This document shows positions 34,801 through 46,800 of a DNA stretch of 64,000 nt, piece by piece. The stretch is taken from contig NW_019217785.1 in assembly GCF_002571385.2 (NCBI RefSeq), forward strand, positions 558,121 through 622,120, written 5' to 3'. Source of the stretch: Stylophora pistillata (taxonomy: Eukaryota). Positions within the stretch are counted from its first letter, which is position 1. Every line of letters starts with the position of its first letter. The position numbers and the translations under genes were made by a program. The notes beneath the pieces are model-generated. The model did not search any database. It worked only from the letters and a program-made list of their open reading frames with translations, and was not told the DNA's origin.

Positions 34801-37800
34801 GGTAAGTGGTGAGTGATGAACGAGAGATGGCAAGAACTGAATAGTCATCAAGCCAATAAACCGACCGACGAATCGACGAACGATAACCGACAAATCGACA
34901 ACTAAAGAAAAATTCCAGAACTGGCGACTCTACGAAAACAGGAATCAGTGAACATCGGAATTGATGAACCAAAATTCCAAGGGGCGAATGAAATTTAAAA
35001 CGAAATTCTTTTGCGTTGCAATCATGTTCCCAACCCTAGTGTTTCTGTTGTGTTGTTTACACTGGTAACAAAGTGAAAGACTTAACTGTTTTTTAATGCG
35101 ATGACGACTTGTTTCGCAATGTAAACTGTGCGTCTTTTCAAATGAAAGTAAGTAAAATCGAATCTATTTTCATCATATCTGTAGCACGACCTTAGAAAAT
35201 GGGGAGACTAGTGTACCACCAATATCTTCGGTAAGTAGTTGCACAGACAGAGTGAATTCAATAGTATATTTAGATTCACGTCAGCGTTCTCGTTGTGTTT
35301 GATCGTATAGTAGATTTCGGAAGCACGTTCAGGTAGAATTAACTCGCCATATATTAATGATTAAATTGGAGTTAAGACGATCATACTTTCAAACTTTTTG
35401 GGGATTAAAAGTCGTGAGGACGTTTACTCCGTTAACCTATACTTGACTCTGTTTTTTCCTATTTAGTCCTTGAAAAGAAAGATAAAGACGTACAGGCGAG
35501 AAGCAAGTCTTTATGAGAACAAGGAAGAAAGAAACGGGACGGCCGCAAATCCCAAAGAAACACCTGGAACGAGTAGCGATGCGGATGAGAAGAAACATAA
35601 GACAAGGAGGATAAAGAGAGGAAAGAAAGAAGCAAATGGCGACACCGAAAGGGAAGACCAGGATGACGAAGGTGAGAAAAATACAAGAAAATTTCACCTC
35701 AAAGGGTGACATGAACGCGACAAGTCATGCAAAGAGTCACGAAACAACGCCGGCGACGAATTATCGCCATGAGTAATAGACGAATAGCGTAATGTGTCGC
35801 GTAACGAGTCACTCAATTAGAAAAGCTACTAAAAAGTCACGCAAGAAACAATTGGCCAAGTAAGACAAACAGTATGATTTGACACAGCTGAAGATATCTG
35901 TGATGAAATTGATCACTTATTCCAGCTCCAAGCTCCAAGCTCCAAGTTCCAAGTTCATTCTCGTTTGTTTGTGTTGTCCTTTCGTCTCTCATTCTATTGT
36001 CAAGATAAGGAGTCATCGTTTAAATTTTTTTGTGACCTACTTCAGGAGTCGTTACGTTCAACACCACCTCAATCTTTGCTTAAAACGAGGACGTTGGTTT
36101 GTGACACATCATGAGCCCCCACAGCTTCTCAGCTGATTTTTCCAAAACAGGAAACACTATATGTTTCTTTACGTGCTTAAATATGATTGTCCATTTTATT
36201 ATTTTTATTTAAGATGAAGATGATCCACCAGTAAGTCGCAGGAATTTTATAAAGATGTTGAAGACGGGAGGTAGATTTGGTCATCGTCGGCGGCATCCTC
36301 GGAAAAAGAAGCCTATTCTGAAGACAAAAACGTTTTTCATATTTGGACCAGAAAACAGGTGAGATAGAATAACGCAAGACATGTGACAGACGGTCACGTG
36401 ATGTGTGGGCACGTGATAAGCGGACTTTAGGTGTCGCAACAGAGGATATCAGAAATGTACTCTGGCACATTTGATCCTGTATGGTATACTTCGATGTGGT
36501 CAGTTGGTTGAATGCAGGATTTGATTAAAAAAAAAACTGGCTATTGCTAATAGAAGAGTAAAACTTCTTGTAAATATTGAGAATACCATTATAAATGAGA
36601 GTTAGCCTGCAAGATCAGTTACCATTTAAAATGTATCCAATATTAGTTTTGGTTATGAAAAATTCGAGAACCTCGCGGAATTAGCCCTTCTCATTTTTGC
36701 ATTGACTTATCAGGTTGGTAAGTTTCTGTCCTAAGGTAAGTTTCCTTTGGCAGACAAATCATATTAAACGTTTGTTGGAAATTTACTTCAGTATTGCATG
36801 AAGTTGAGGTTTCCATAGGACAAGATGAACCATTCAGGAAAAAAAGGGAGGGTATAAAGCTGTTGTAATTATCGTTATTATTGCTATCTATCATTTTTTT
36901 AAACAGATTTCGGCGCCAGTGCCATCGGATCGTGAACCTAAGACACTTTGACAATTTTATGCTTGTTATAATTTTATTGAGTAGCATCACAATCGCCATC
37001 GAGAATCCAGTGAATGATGACGCCAAACTGAACAGGGTAATGTTACTTTTTGTTTGACGATCAGTAGGAAGTAGTGTTTTTCTCCTCACGGGTTAAGAAT
37101 CTCTTGTTAAAAGATCCCACTTATACCCTAATACTTGGTCCTGTTCTGTTTTTAAACCACGGGTCTCATCTGTATCACAACAAGTCTAGAGTGCGTCATT
37201 TTAAGACAAAAATGCAAGAGTTTTTACTTAAATAATTACTGAATTGGCCAAGCCGCACATTCGCAGCACTTTTTCTTTACTTGATTTATTATTGTAAGTG
37301 AGGTGGCTCTCCCACAAGTTCGGTAGCTTCCTGGGTCTCCTCGCCTTCTAGCTGTTAACGCTTTAAATAAATCTTCGTATTGTTAAAACTAAGGCAAATA
37401 AAGATGATGATGATGATTTTAAATGCTTCTCTTTGAGTGGAATCTATCGCTCTCTCTGAGAGCGTCTTCTCGTCCTGAACAATTCTAGATATAGCTCTTA
37501 ACTTGTAAGGTCCTTATGTGTACTCTGTGTTTGTTGTCCTTAATATTACTTTTCCTCTTCGAGGACAAGTATTCAATATTACATTTCCAATTCAGGATTT
37601 TCTAAACTTCTTCTCAGTAAAGTTCTAAACATTTACTGGTTTTATCTGGTTTATAGGTCCTGAAATATTTTGACTACGTCTTCACCGGAATATTTGCTCT
37701 AGAGGTACTCATTAAGGTGAGTTATAAAGAGTAATCAAGTTTGTATTGCTTCTAGTATGATTGATAATGTTACTCGCGGGCAATGCGATCTGCAGTCGAT

Positions 37801-40800
37801 AAGACCAACATCCTTTACACAGGGAGCTGTTATATTTGACCAAAATCAGCTGACCTCAGTTTGAATTTATTGTACTCAGGTTGTGGATATGGGGATCATT
37901 CTTCATAAGGGCGCCTATTTCCGTGATTGGTGGAATATTATTGATGCTCTTGTAGTGTCTTTTAACATCGCTTCGCTCATTTTAGTGTAAGTGCATATCA
38001 TATCTTTATAAAGCAATTTCATTCGGCTTTAATTCTATTTCTTTCCTATAAATATGCTCGTGCCTGATACTTGTAAACCAACTGAGGATCTGTTGCATCA
38101 TTCCTTGACACAGTTCGGTCTGCGATCAACATCTAGATACCGGGGGGATATTCCATTCTCATTGTCACTATTTCCGAAGTTAAAAACACCATGATAGGTA
38201 TGCTGATAAGCGCCCAAAATAAAAACCTGGGGAACCCCAGGGCTAACTTTACCCGCCTTCCCCCTCCCCCTCCCCCTCCCTCCCCCAATTTCCCTCCCCT
38301 CTTCCTCAAATCTCATATCCCCCACTGCTGTGCGCTACTAGTTCTTTTGCGACGCTGCGTATTCAAGCAAAACTGAAAAACAAAAAACGAAGACGGGACT
38401 TTGAACAACCTACATCACAGTTTCCCTCTTGGTTGATTGGTTGCAATCCATTATTTCAGCTTTGACCAGCTAAAGCAGGGTGGAGGATGTAATTTAATCA
38501 ATTTGAGGTGACAACATTAATCATGGAAGCTGGCGTAACAGATGCACCGTAACATGTGATGTTTCGTTGTAAATGACTCTGTTGCGATAACCCTCTTGAT
38601 TATTGTCCCTTTTTTAGAGAAATAGGTCAATCTGGTAGTGGCCACTCTTTGATCAAAGCACTCCGTGTATTCCGAGTTCTACGACCATTTAAAGGCGTGC
38701 ACAAAATTAAGAAATTGCAGGTAAGTGTTACACGTCAAAAAATCTCATTTTTGTAGCTTACTGCCTCTAATAGAGGCAGTAAGCCTCTTTTAGATTTTTC
38801 ACGCCCCTTTCCGACAACCAATCAGAGGTATTTTACCCCCAGAGGTATTTTAGTACTTTACTCTGATTGGTTGTCGGAAAGGGGCGTGATTGATGGCTGT
38901 CACCCGAAGCTTGGTGGCATGAAAGTGAGATTCTCAACGATCCTGACAAGAGGTTCTCTCCGCTCACTGCTTTGCAGCTTGTTGGTCGGCGCTTCGCGCC
39001 GAATTCTCGTACTCCGGTAGAGAGAAGAGAACCTCTGGGACCAGGGTATGCAATTATTTGCTCCACAAATATTTGCCCCCCAAAGGAGTTTATGTGTTGC
39101 ATTGCGGCGATTATTTGTCCAGCGATTGATTTTTTACTAAAAAATCGAGATGAAAGATAAAAATCACTAACTATTTTCGCATGTGTGCAAATAGGCATGC
39201 GGATCAAACTTCAAAGTGACCCATGCAAATTTCTCCTTGTGTGAAGAGATCACAAGTTTCATGGTTTCAATTAACAGGAAGCAAGACGAAAATGACTAAA
39301 AGAGGGCAAGAGATATTTCGGGACGACTGTTTTATTTAAAACAGTTCTTGATTTGCTGTTATAAACGAAAAACGTACGAATTTCTTACGTGTACAAAGCC
39401 CACGCGGTAAAATTCAGCATGCGTACGTAGATCGTTGTTTAGTTGACTTCAGGGGCAAGAAAAATGCGTAGTGTTATGTTGAAAATTCTGAAAGTACTAC
39501 GATTTGACGCAAAATCTTCAATTAAACAATACTTTTTGAACACATCGTTACTCAAACGTAATATTTACCGGGCAATAGAATCGTCGAATTGTCGCTGGGC
39601 CCTGCTTGAAGTCCGGAAGTTCGGTTTCGGTTTACGGCCACAGTTCGCATCGCTGTAGAGAATTGTAGTGTCGTTGACTTAAGAGCTTATTCTGTCACCT
39701 TTACGACCTTGGTATCCATTATTTTCCTGACAGAGTATTAGATAGCACTGCTACTTTATATTAAGAGTTCCACAAGGTCTAGCTTGATCGTAAAGGAACG
39801 AAAAATCCGACTTGAAAATTTTGAAGGTTGGCCGCGCGGACGCTCTCTTTTTTTCAAGTTTGATCATTTAGGGGCCGACCATTTAACTTTTGAGAGGGGG
39901 GTGGGTGATTTCTGGTCATCAAGACATTTTTTTTTCTAGCAATCTGCTGTACAGGAAATTCTTTTTTCGTTCTAAATGCTCTTTTTCTTCTGTTACATTT
40001 GGGCTGCATGCATTTTTTTTCTTCCAACAAGCACTTGCAGGAAATTTTTTTCAAAATCACCCACCCCCTTCAAGAGTGAAATGGTCGGCCCCTTGGTATG
40101 AACGCATAGAATGATGGCCTTCTAGTACCCCCTGACGCCATCAAAAAATTTGTGTAAACGACGCAATCTTATTGGTTCGTTGATCTCCTAACCATGAGGG
40201 AAGGTTGGGGAAGGGAGGTAGGGGCGGTTACGGGTGGTTCAGGTGTCAATGTGTTAGCATATTATAATAATATATTTGTTTCCGTTCATCGCGGAGCTTA
40301 AATTTTTGGTTGCACTATATCTTGAGTTGTGAGTAATTTTTAGTGTCGTTTCAGGGTGGTTAAATACGGTATTCTAAGTAATAACAGGTGCAGGAAGCTA
40401 CATGCACTCATTGACTGCCTATTTTTAACCTTGAGTGTTCAGAACTTTAAATTTTTTTTAAATTTTTTTTACAGGCTGTATTTCGCTGTATGTGGTACTC
40501 AGTAAAGAATGTTGCTAATATCCTGATGATTACCATGTTGTTTTTGTTCATCTTTGCCGTCATGGGTGTACAACTGTTTAAAGGAAAGTTTCAATATTGC
40601 AACGACAGCTCAAAGCGTACAAAGGAAGAATGCCAGTAAGACCGCACAAACATTCCTTTTTTATATGATTGGGGCATTGGCGGGGGGTGGTGTGGCCCGA
40701 GAAGGGTGACGGGTGGAAGTGGTAGATTGAAGGTAGATCCAAAAATGCCAATCCTTCCCATAACAAATATTTTAATTTATTCCATTTTCATTGCAGTTAC

Positions 40801-43800
40801 ATCCTCACATGATAATGATAATAATAATAATAATAATAATAATAATAGTAATAGTAATAATAGTATTAGTAATAATAGATAATAGTATTAATTTTACAAT
40901 AACAATTAATAAAAATTTAGATCCATGACAAAGCAGTGGGGTAGATCAGAAGGGAACTGACGAACCATGCGTGCTAGCCAACCGTTATAAAAAGACTAAC
41001 TTAGAAACTAGCAACCCTACTAACTAACTGCTGATTTTAGCCCAGGTCAGTGGTATGGGGGCGCTCAGGGTCTAAGACCTTATCTTTATAGAAGTTAGTG
41101 CATAATCTCTTAAAAGAAGAAACACTAAAATTGGCAGTCCTCAGCTCATCTGGCAAATTGTTCCATAAATACGGAATCCTGTCAAACTTTAACGTTCAAC
41201 TTTAAACTTTAAACTTTGGGATACCAGTTTCAGTTTTATGTTAACGTTTACCTCTGAGCCTGAGCCAAGGTAAGACCCAACCTTGGTAGCACCAAATGAC
41301 TAAATGTGGATGACCACTTCTTAACACGATAACGATCGGATGTCGCTCTGGTTTAACGGCGTCCTTCAGCGCCCAGGTAGTTCACCTGGTATTTACTCCA
41401 TAACTTAAGTGTAACGAGAAGCCAAAAGGTCGACCTTTCTGGTCCGAGGCGGCTTTTTACATCCTGAGAAGATCTATAAAAATGTTTCCTGAGATTTGAC
41501 GGAACTCAGTTGAGGAATACAGTTCGATTTATTGATGTGATCTAGTGAAAGTCACATTGCCCATAAGTTGGAGCCCAAGGAAGTTGAATAAATTCCACGG
41601 ATTTTGAGGTAGAGATGGAGTACGTGACTTATTGTGGATTTGGTTCATTTGCAGAGGGAAATATTTTGTTTTCAAGTACGATGCGAACCTGCAACGGGAA
41701 GAAGTTGAAAAGGTTTGTCTTAGTTGCACTTTATGTTTATCAATTCTGCTATGCTTAAGGAATCAAAATTATTAATCAACAAAATTAATAATTAACTTCA
41801 TTTTTCAGTTTCAAATAGCTGTACAATCATTATCATAATGGTGATATGTCTGACACTGTGTTCTGCATTGGTGTTGTCAGGTAGAAGATCGCAAATGGAG
41901 TAATAAAGACCTCAACTTTGACGACGTATTGCAAGCCATGTTGACTCTTTACACTTCTTCTACTGGTGAAGGATGGCCAAGGTGAGGTTATTGTTCACAA
42001 CTTAATGATTGCTTAGAGAAAACTCAAGGGTTGCATAGCTTCAGTTTAAATGTTTTCGGGCGGTTTATGAAAATTCTGTATTTTTATCGATAAAATCGTA
42101 CGAGGTGTGAGTTGTGTTAGCTAACCTCGTCACTTGGAAATTTGTACTGTTTTTCGGGGTTATTGTATTTTTTTTTCTGAGTTATCTGGTGTTTAGAAGC
42201 GGCATTAATAATTTCCTTGGCGGGTGCACTTACGAAGGAAGTGATTGTAACATTTTATGCGTTAGCAAAGAAAAAGAATGTTTCAAACGTCATTACTTAA
42301 GAGGAAACGAAATCCTTGCAAGGTAAAATTACGACGTCCCTGACAACCGGAAACTGTCGATGTCAAATCTTCGAAACTAACAAATTCTGTAGTTGGTACA
42401 TTTCGCCTTCATCAAAATCTTCCATCTAAGTTTTGGAACCAAGGAGAGAAGAAGTATTCGTGATTTCCAATCTATACATTTTCATCGAAATTTAGTCAAT
42501 AAAAACTTGGTTAACCTGCTGGAGTAAATAGGGTTTCAGTCGGCGACAAGAGTGGGCCAGGCCGGGAAGTAAAGATGAACCAATTAAGACGAAGCGACTA
42601 ACCCAATAAGCTGATTCTTCTCGATTTGATTTTCTTGATCCAGTGCCATGAAGACCACTATGGACACTACAGAAATAGACAAAGGTCCAATCCATAATTA
42701 CAGCCCTGGATACGCGCTTTATTACATCGCATTTGTTGTGGTATTCTCTTTTTTCTTCCTCAACATCTTTGTGGCTTTGATAATCCTCACCTTCCAAGAG
42801 GAGGGTGAAAGAGAAATTGCGAGTTGCGAGTTGGATAGAAATCAGGTACATAAACTATTTTTATTCTTCCTTTAGGGATAACTAAATTGTGTCGCTGTTC
42901 ATTTTGTGCATGGATCGTTTGTAATCTGTGTCAACACGCTCCATCGTCGGCCATCCCCAAATCTCTTTTGGTTTATTCTATCCGTTTTGGAGTTTTTCTA
43001 TCTTGCCAAACTATTATTTTGTAAAAGTGATGTGGCTAGCGAAGCCGGTAAAATTCAGAGATGAAAAGAATCGTGCTTCTGCTAAAGGTTGTTGCATCCA
43101 AGACCGTGCGCAATCTTTTGCTTTTGTGTCCGCACATTCTTCGATGGGTAGTTTCTGTTGGCCAGTCAGTTCAAAATAGTTGGTGTGCTATTGAACTTAG
43201 AGCAAGGGCTGGTCAATAAACCCCCTACCAAAAAACCGTAAGAAAGACATCTAGTGGTTTCATTACCTTTGTTTTATCATTGTTTTACGTGGGTCATTCT
43301 TTTCGTCGCAGAAAGCGACGCAAAAAATGAATCTTGACTTTTCGCCCTTTCCTAAATTGTGCAAAACATGTGAGCATTTATCTTTTGTCTTTGCATCGGG
43401 AGTCATGAATGAATTTGGAATATACTAATTGTCAAATATTTTCTCTAACAGCGTGATTGCATTCAGTTTGCACTGACTGCTAAGCCTGCGCAAAGATATA
43501 TGCCAGCTGACCACAAAAGCCTGCAGTACAAGGTCTGGGTAATTGTGATGTCGAAGCCATTTGACACATTCATTTTGGTGCTGATAGCGCTCAACACTGG
43601 TGTTCTTATGTCTCAGGTAGGTAGCTCGGCTAAAGTTAGTGTTAGTTCGTCCTGTTCGAACAGACTTTCCCGTCCCGTTTTTAGGGATATCCTGGTGTTT
43701 TCTCAAAGCGGAAGAAAAAGTTCTCAACCTAACAGGATACTCTATTCTTAATGATGAATAGAATTTTGCCTCTCTGTCCTCGCATATCTTGCAAAGCAGT

Positions 43801-46800
43801 CGGTTGGCTCATCACCTAAGACTTCTTTTAACCTTCTGTCACGTTGCCCGCTTCAAATGAGCGTATGCTCTCTAACCTTCTGTTCTGTTATTTCCATACA
43901 GCATTATAAGCAAGACGACCAATTTACAGACATTCTCATGTACCTAAATATCGCCTTCACTGTTCTCTACATGATAGAAGCTGGGCTGAAATTTTTTGCC
44001 TTAAGACTGGTAACTATGTTTGAAAATATTTGTTTAGTCTACAGGGAGCGACTCAAAATTCGGGCACAATTTGTCTCCACACTCTGTAGCCATGTATTTA
44101 ATGAGAACATGATTTGCTCGACATCGATTCTTCTTCTTGCATGCTGTGCATACTATTCAATTCTAACAATAAGTTCATGATATAAGAATTTCGATCTAGT
44201 AGACTATCCCTTGGAACAATGTGGAAGTAAATCGTTCCAGAGTCACAGAGTAATTCCAGTACAAGTCCAATTAAAAGCTATCGCATTTTCTCGGAAAGGG
44301 AAAGACTGCTTTGTACATGAACAACCTACCCCCCCCCCCCTCACTCTTAGCCATTCCTTCAAACCAAGGAAGAAACACACCTGAGCAAAGAAACTATATC
44401 CATATTTCTTGTCCTTTTTTTTTTTCAGAAATATTTTCGGGACTACTGGAATATTTTTGATTTCATCGTTGTGTTAGGAGGTCTGATGGATGTTCTGGTG
44501 ACAGTCGTTGACAAATATGCTAAAGAAACACAGGTAACTCACGTGATTTAAATCTGTAACATTTACTATTTCTTGCAGTATGATTAACCCTCAGAAGTGA
44601 TTAACATATGACTTCTCCCTATACAAATCCACACATTATCCAGTTAACATGTACTGAGCACACCCAGATTTCAGGTAGAGGCTTTTATCTTGATCTAACA
44701 CCAAATTCTTGTAACTTATTCACAAGGAAATGTGTAGCAGCTAGAGGGGAGAATTGTCAATCAGCTGACCATGGGAGTTTAGGGGTTAGGCAACGAGGTT
44801 TTCGTATCCTTCTTTCAGTCGGATATGACTTTGTTTTGTGCCGTCAGCGAAGGCTGGAAGACGTTTGCACTAGCATGACGACGTTTACATAGTGGGGTTC
44901 TTCAAAACTCAGGTCTTTGGAAAAAAACCTAGCAAATACTTTAAGCGGAAAGATTGAAGATTTGTTTACAGAGGAGATCAAATCAGTGAGCGATTAGTTT
45001 TATCATCATTTTTTTGGCAAATAATGATTTCACATGTGAATTAAATTTTGCAGAAAGGCGGTACACTTGGTATTGGGATCGACCCCAGTATGTTCCGTTT
45101 GTTTCGAGCAGCAAGACTAATCAAACTGCTGCGACGAGGCTACACAATCAGAATACTATTGTGGACATTCCTTCAGTCATTTAAGGTTGGCTTGTTGTCA
45201 TTGAGTTTTTCTTGGACTCGGGTTTGAAGTCCGTACCGTAAAAAATGAGTGCTTGTTATTACGAAACATGGCAGTGATGTTGAAAAGATTTAAACCTATC
45301 ATAGCCTTGTGACTGCCTGAGAATATTTTTTTAACTAACTTCATATATTTCATTGTATCTGAAAAAAAAAAAAAAAGGTTTATAATGTAATGGACCACTT
45401 TATTCCATTCACAGGTTCGTATTTATAGCTATACCAGCACCTGCACTATCATGGCTCATTAATCCACTAGTAATATGACTCGCATGATGTATTTACATTG
45501 TCCTCAATTAGGCTTTCATATTCACGTTAACAGACTTTGTATGGTATCTTGCCAACAGGCTTTACCTTACGTCACGCTCCTCATCATGCTAATGTTCTTC
45601 ATGTATGCCGTCATAGGGATGCAGGTAGGCTGCGGGAGTCATTTTTCTAAATTCGTGCCTGAGTTTGTACCTTTTTTCTTTTTCGTATGCTTTCCTGGAT
45701 GGTTTTCTGGTCTACCTAGTTCCAGTCTCCGTTGGGGGACTGGAACTAGGTATTTCCCAAGTTGATTGAAATTAGTTTCGTAACCGGCAAGCATGCAAAG
45801 AAGTGGCCATATTCTTTTGTTTCTCGCTCAACCAAGCTTCTTAGACGATTTTCGTAGAACGGGTATTGGTAGATGATGTCCTTCTAAAAACTGTGCGAAG
45901 TCATACCTACAACATGAGTTGTTTTCTCTTTTATGTTTCAGCTTTTTGGAAAAATAGCGCTAGACTCAGAGACAGAAATTAACTCCAAAAATAATTTTCG
46001 AAATCTTCTTCAAGCTCTACAGGTTCTGTTCAGGTGAGAAGCAAAACAGAGACCGACTAAAATACTAAATTCTAAAATATTAAATACACTGAGCCAAAGA
46101 TATGAAAATCGAAAGGTGATCATACTCCAGAGCTGAGTGGATAATTGGCGGATGATCTCTAAATCAAAAAATTACTTTATCGCGAATCAGCAAGAATTAC
46201 GTGGCACATGACTGTACGTCTTTTGATGTTTTCTGTTTTATTAGTAACTTTTTTTTTGCATCTCTGTCAGATCGGCGACCGGCGAAGACTGGCACAAGAT
46301 AATGTTAGCTTGTTATGATGCTGCTAAATGTGATGCGAATGTTAACGAAAAATATAGTTGTGGAACAACAGTTGGGGCTATCTTGTACTTCTGTACATTT
46401 ATATTTCTGTGTATGTTCTTGGTGAGTGACGAAATTAACGAAATATCTATTAACATCCACTGAGGAAATACGCCATTTCGAGGTTTAGTGGGAAACACTT
46501 AACTTGACTGATAGGTTCACTATTTCAGATGAAAATTCAAATGAACAATACAGATGGATCGCCAAGTTTTAGTTTTAACAGAGGAGGTAAAAAATATTTA
46601 ACACGAGATTTTAAAATAATTAAGCGCTCGAATTAGAGAATATGGGGCAAGCAAGTGGACTAGGCTATTGTTCTTTCCAAGCAAGAAATTTTTATCCTTT
46701 TAAGTTACAACCTAAATATTGTGGCGGCTGTTTAAAGTGTGGTCTCAAGTGTGCTGCTTTGTTTTTCTTTCAGATGTTGAATTTATTTGTGGCTGTTATC

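Noticed and set aside
34400-34972. 190-aa minus-strand ORF
   Set aside because: Antisense shadow of Cav2 exon 16; no independent motif.
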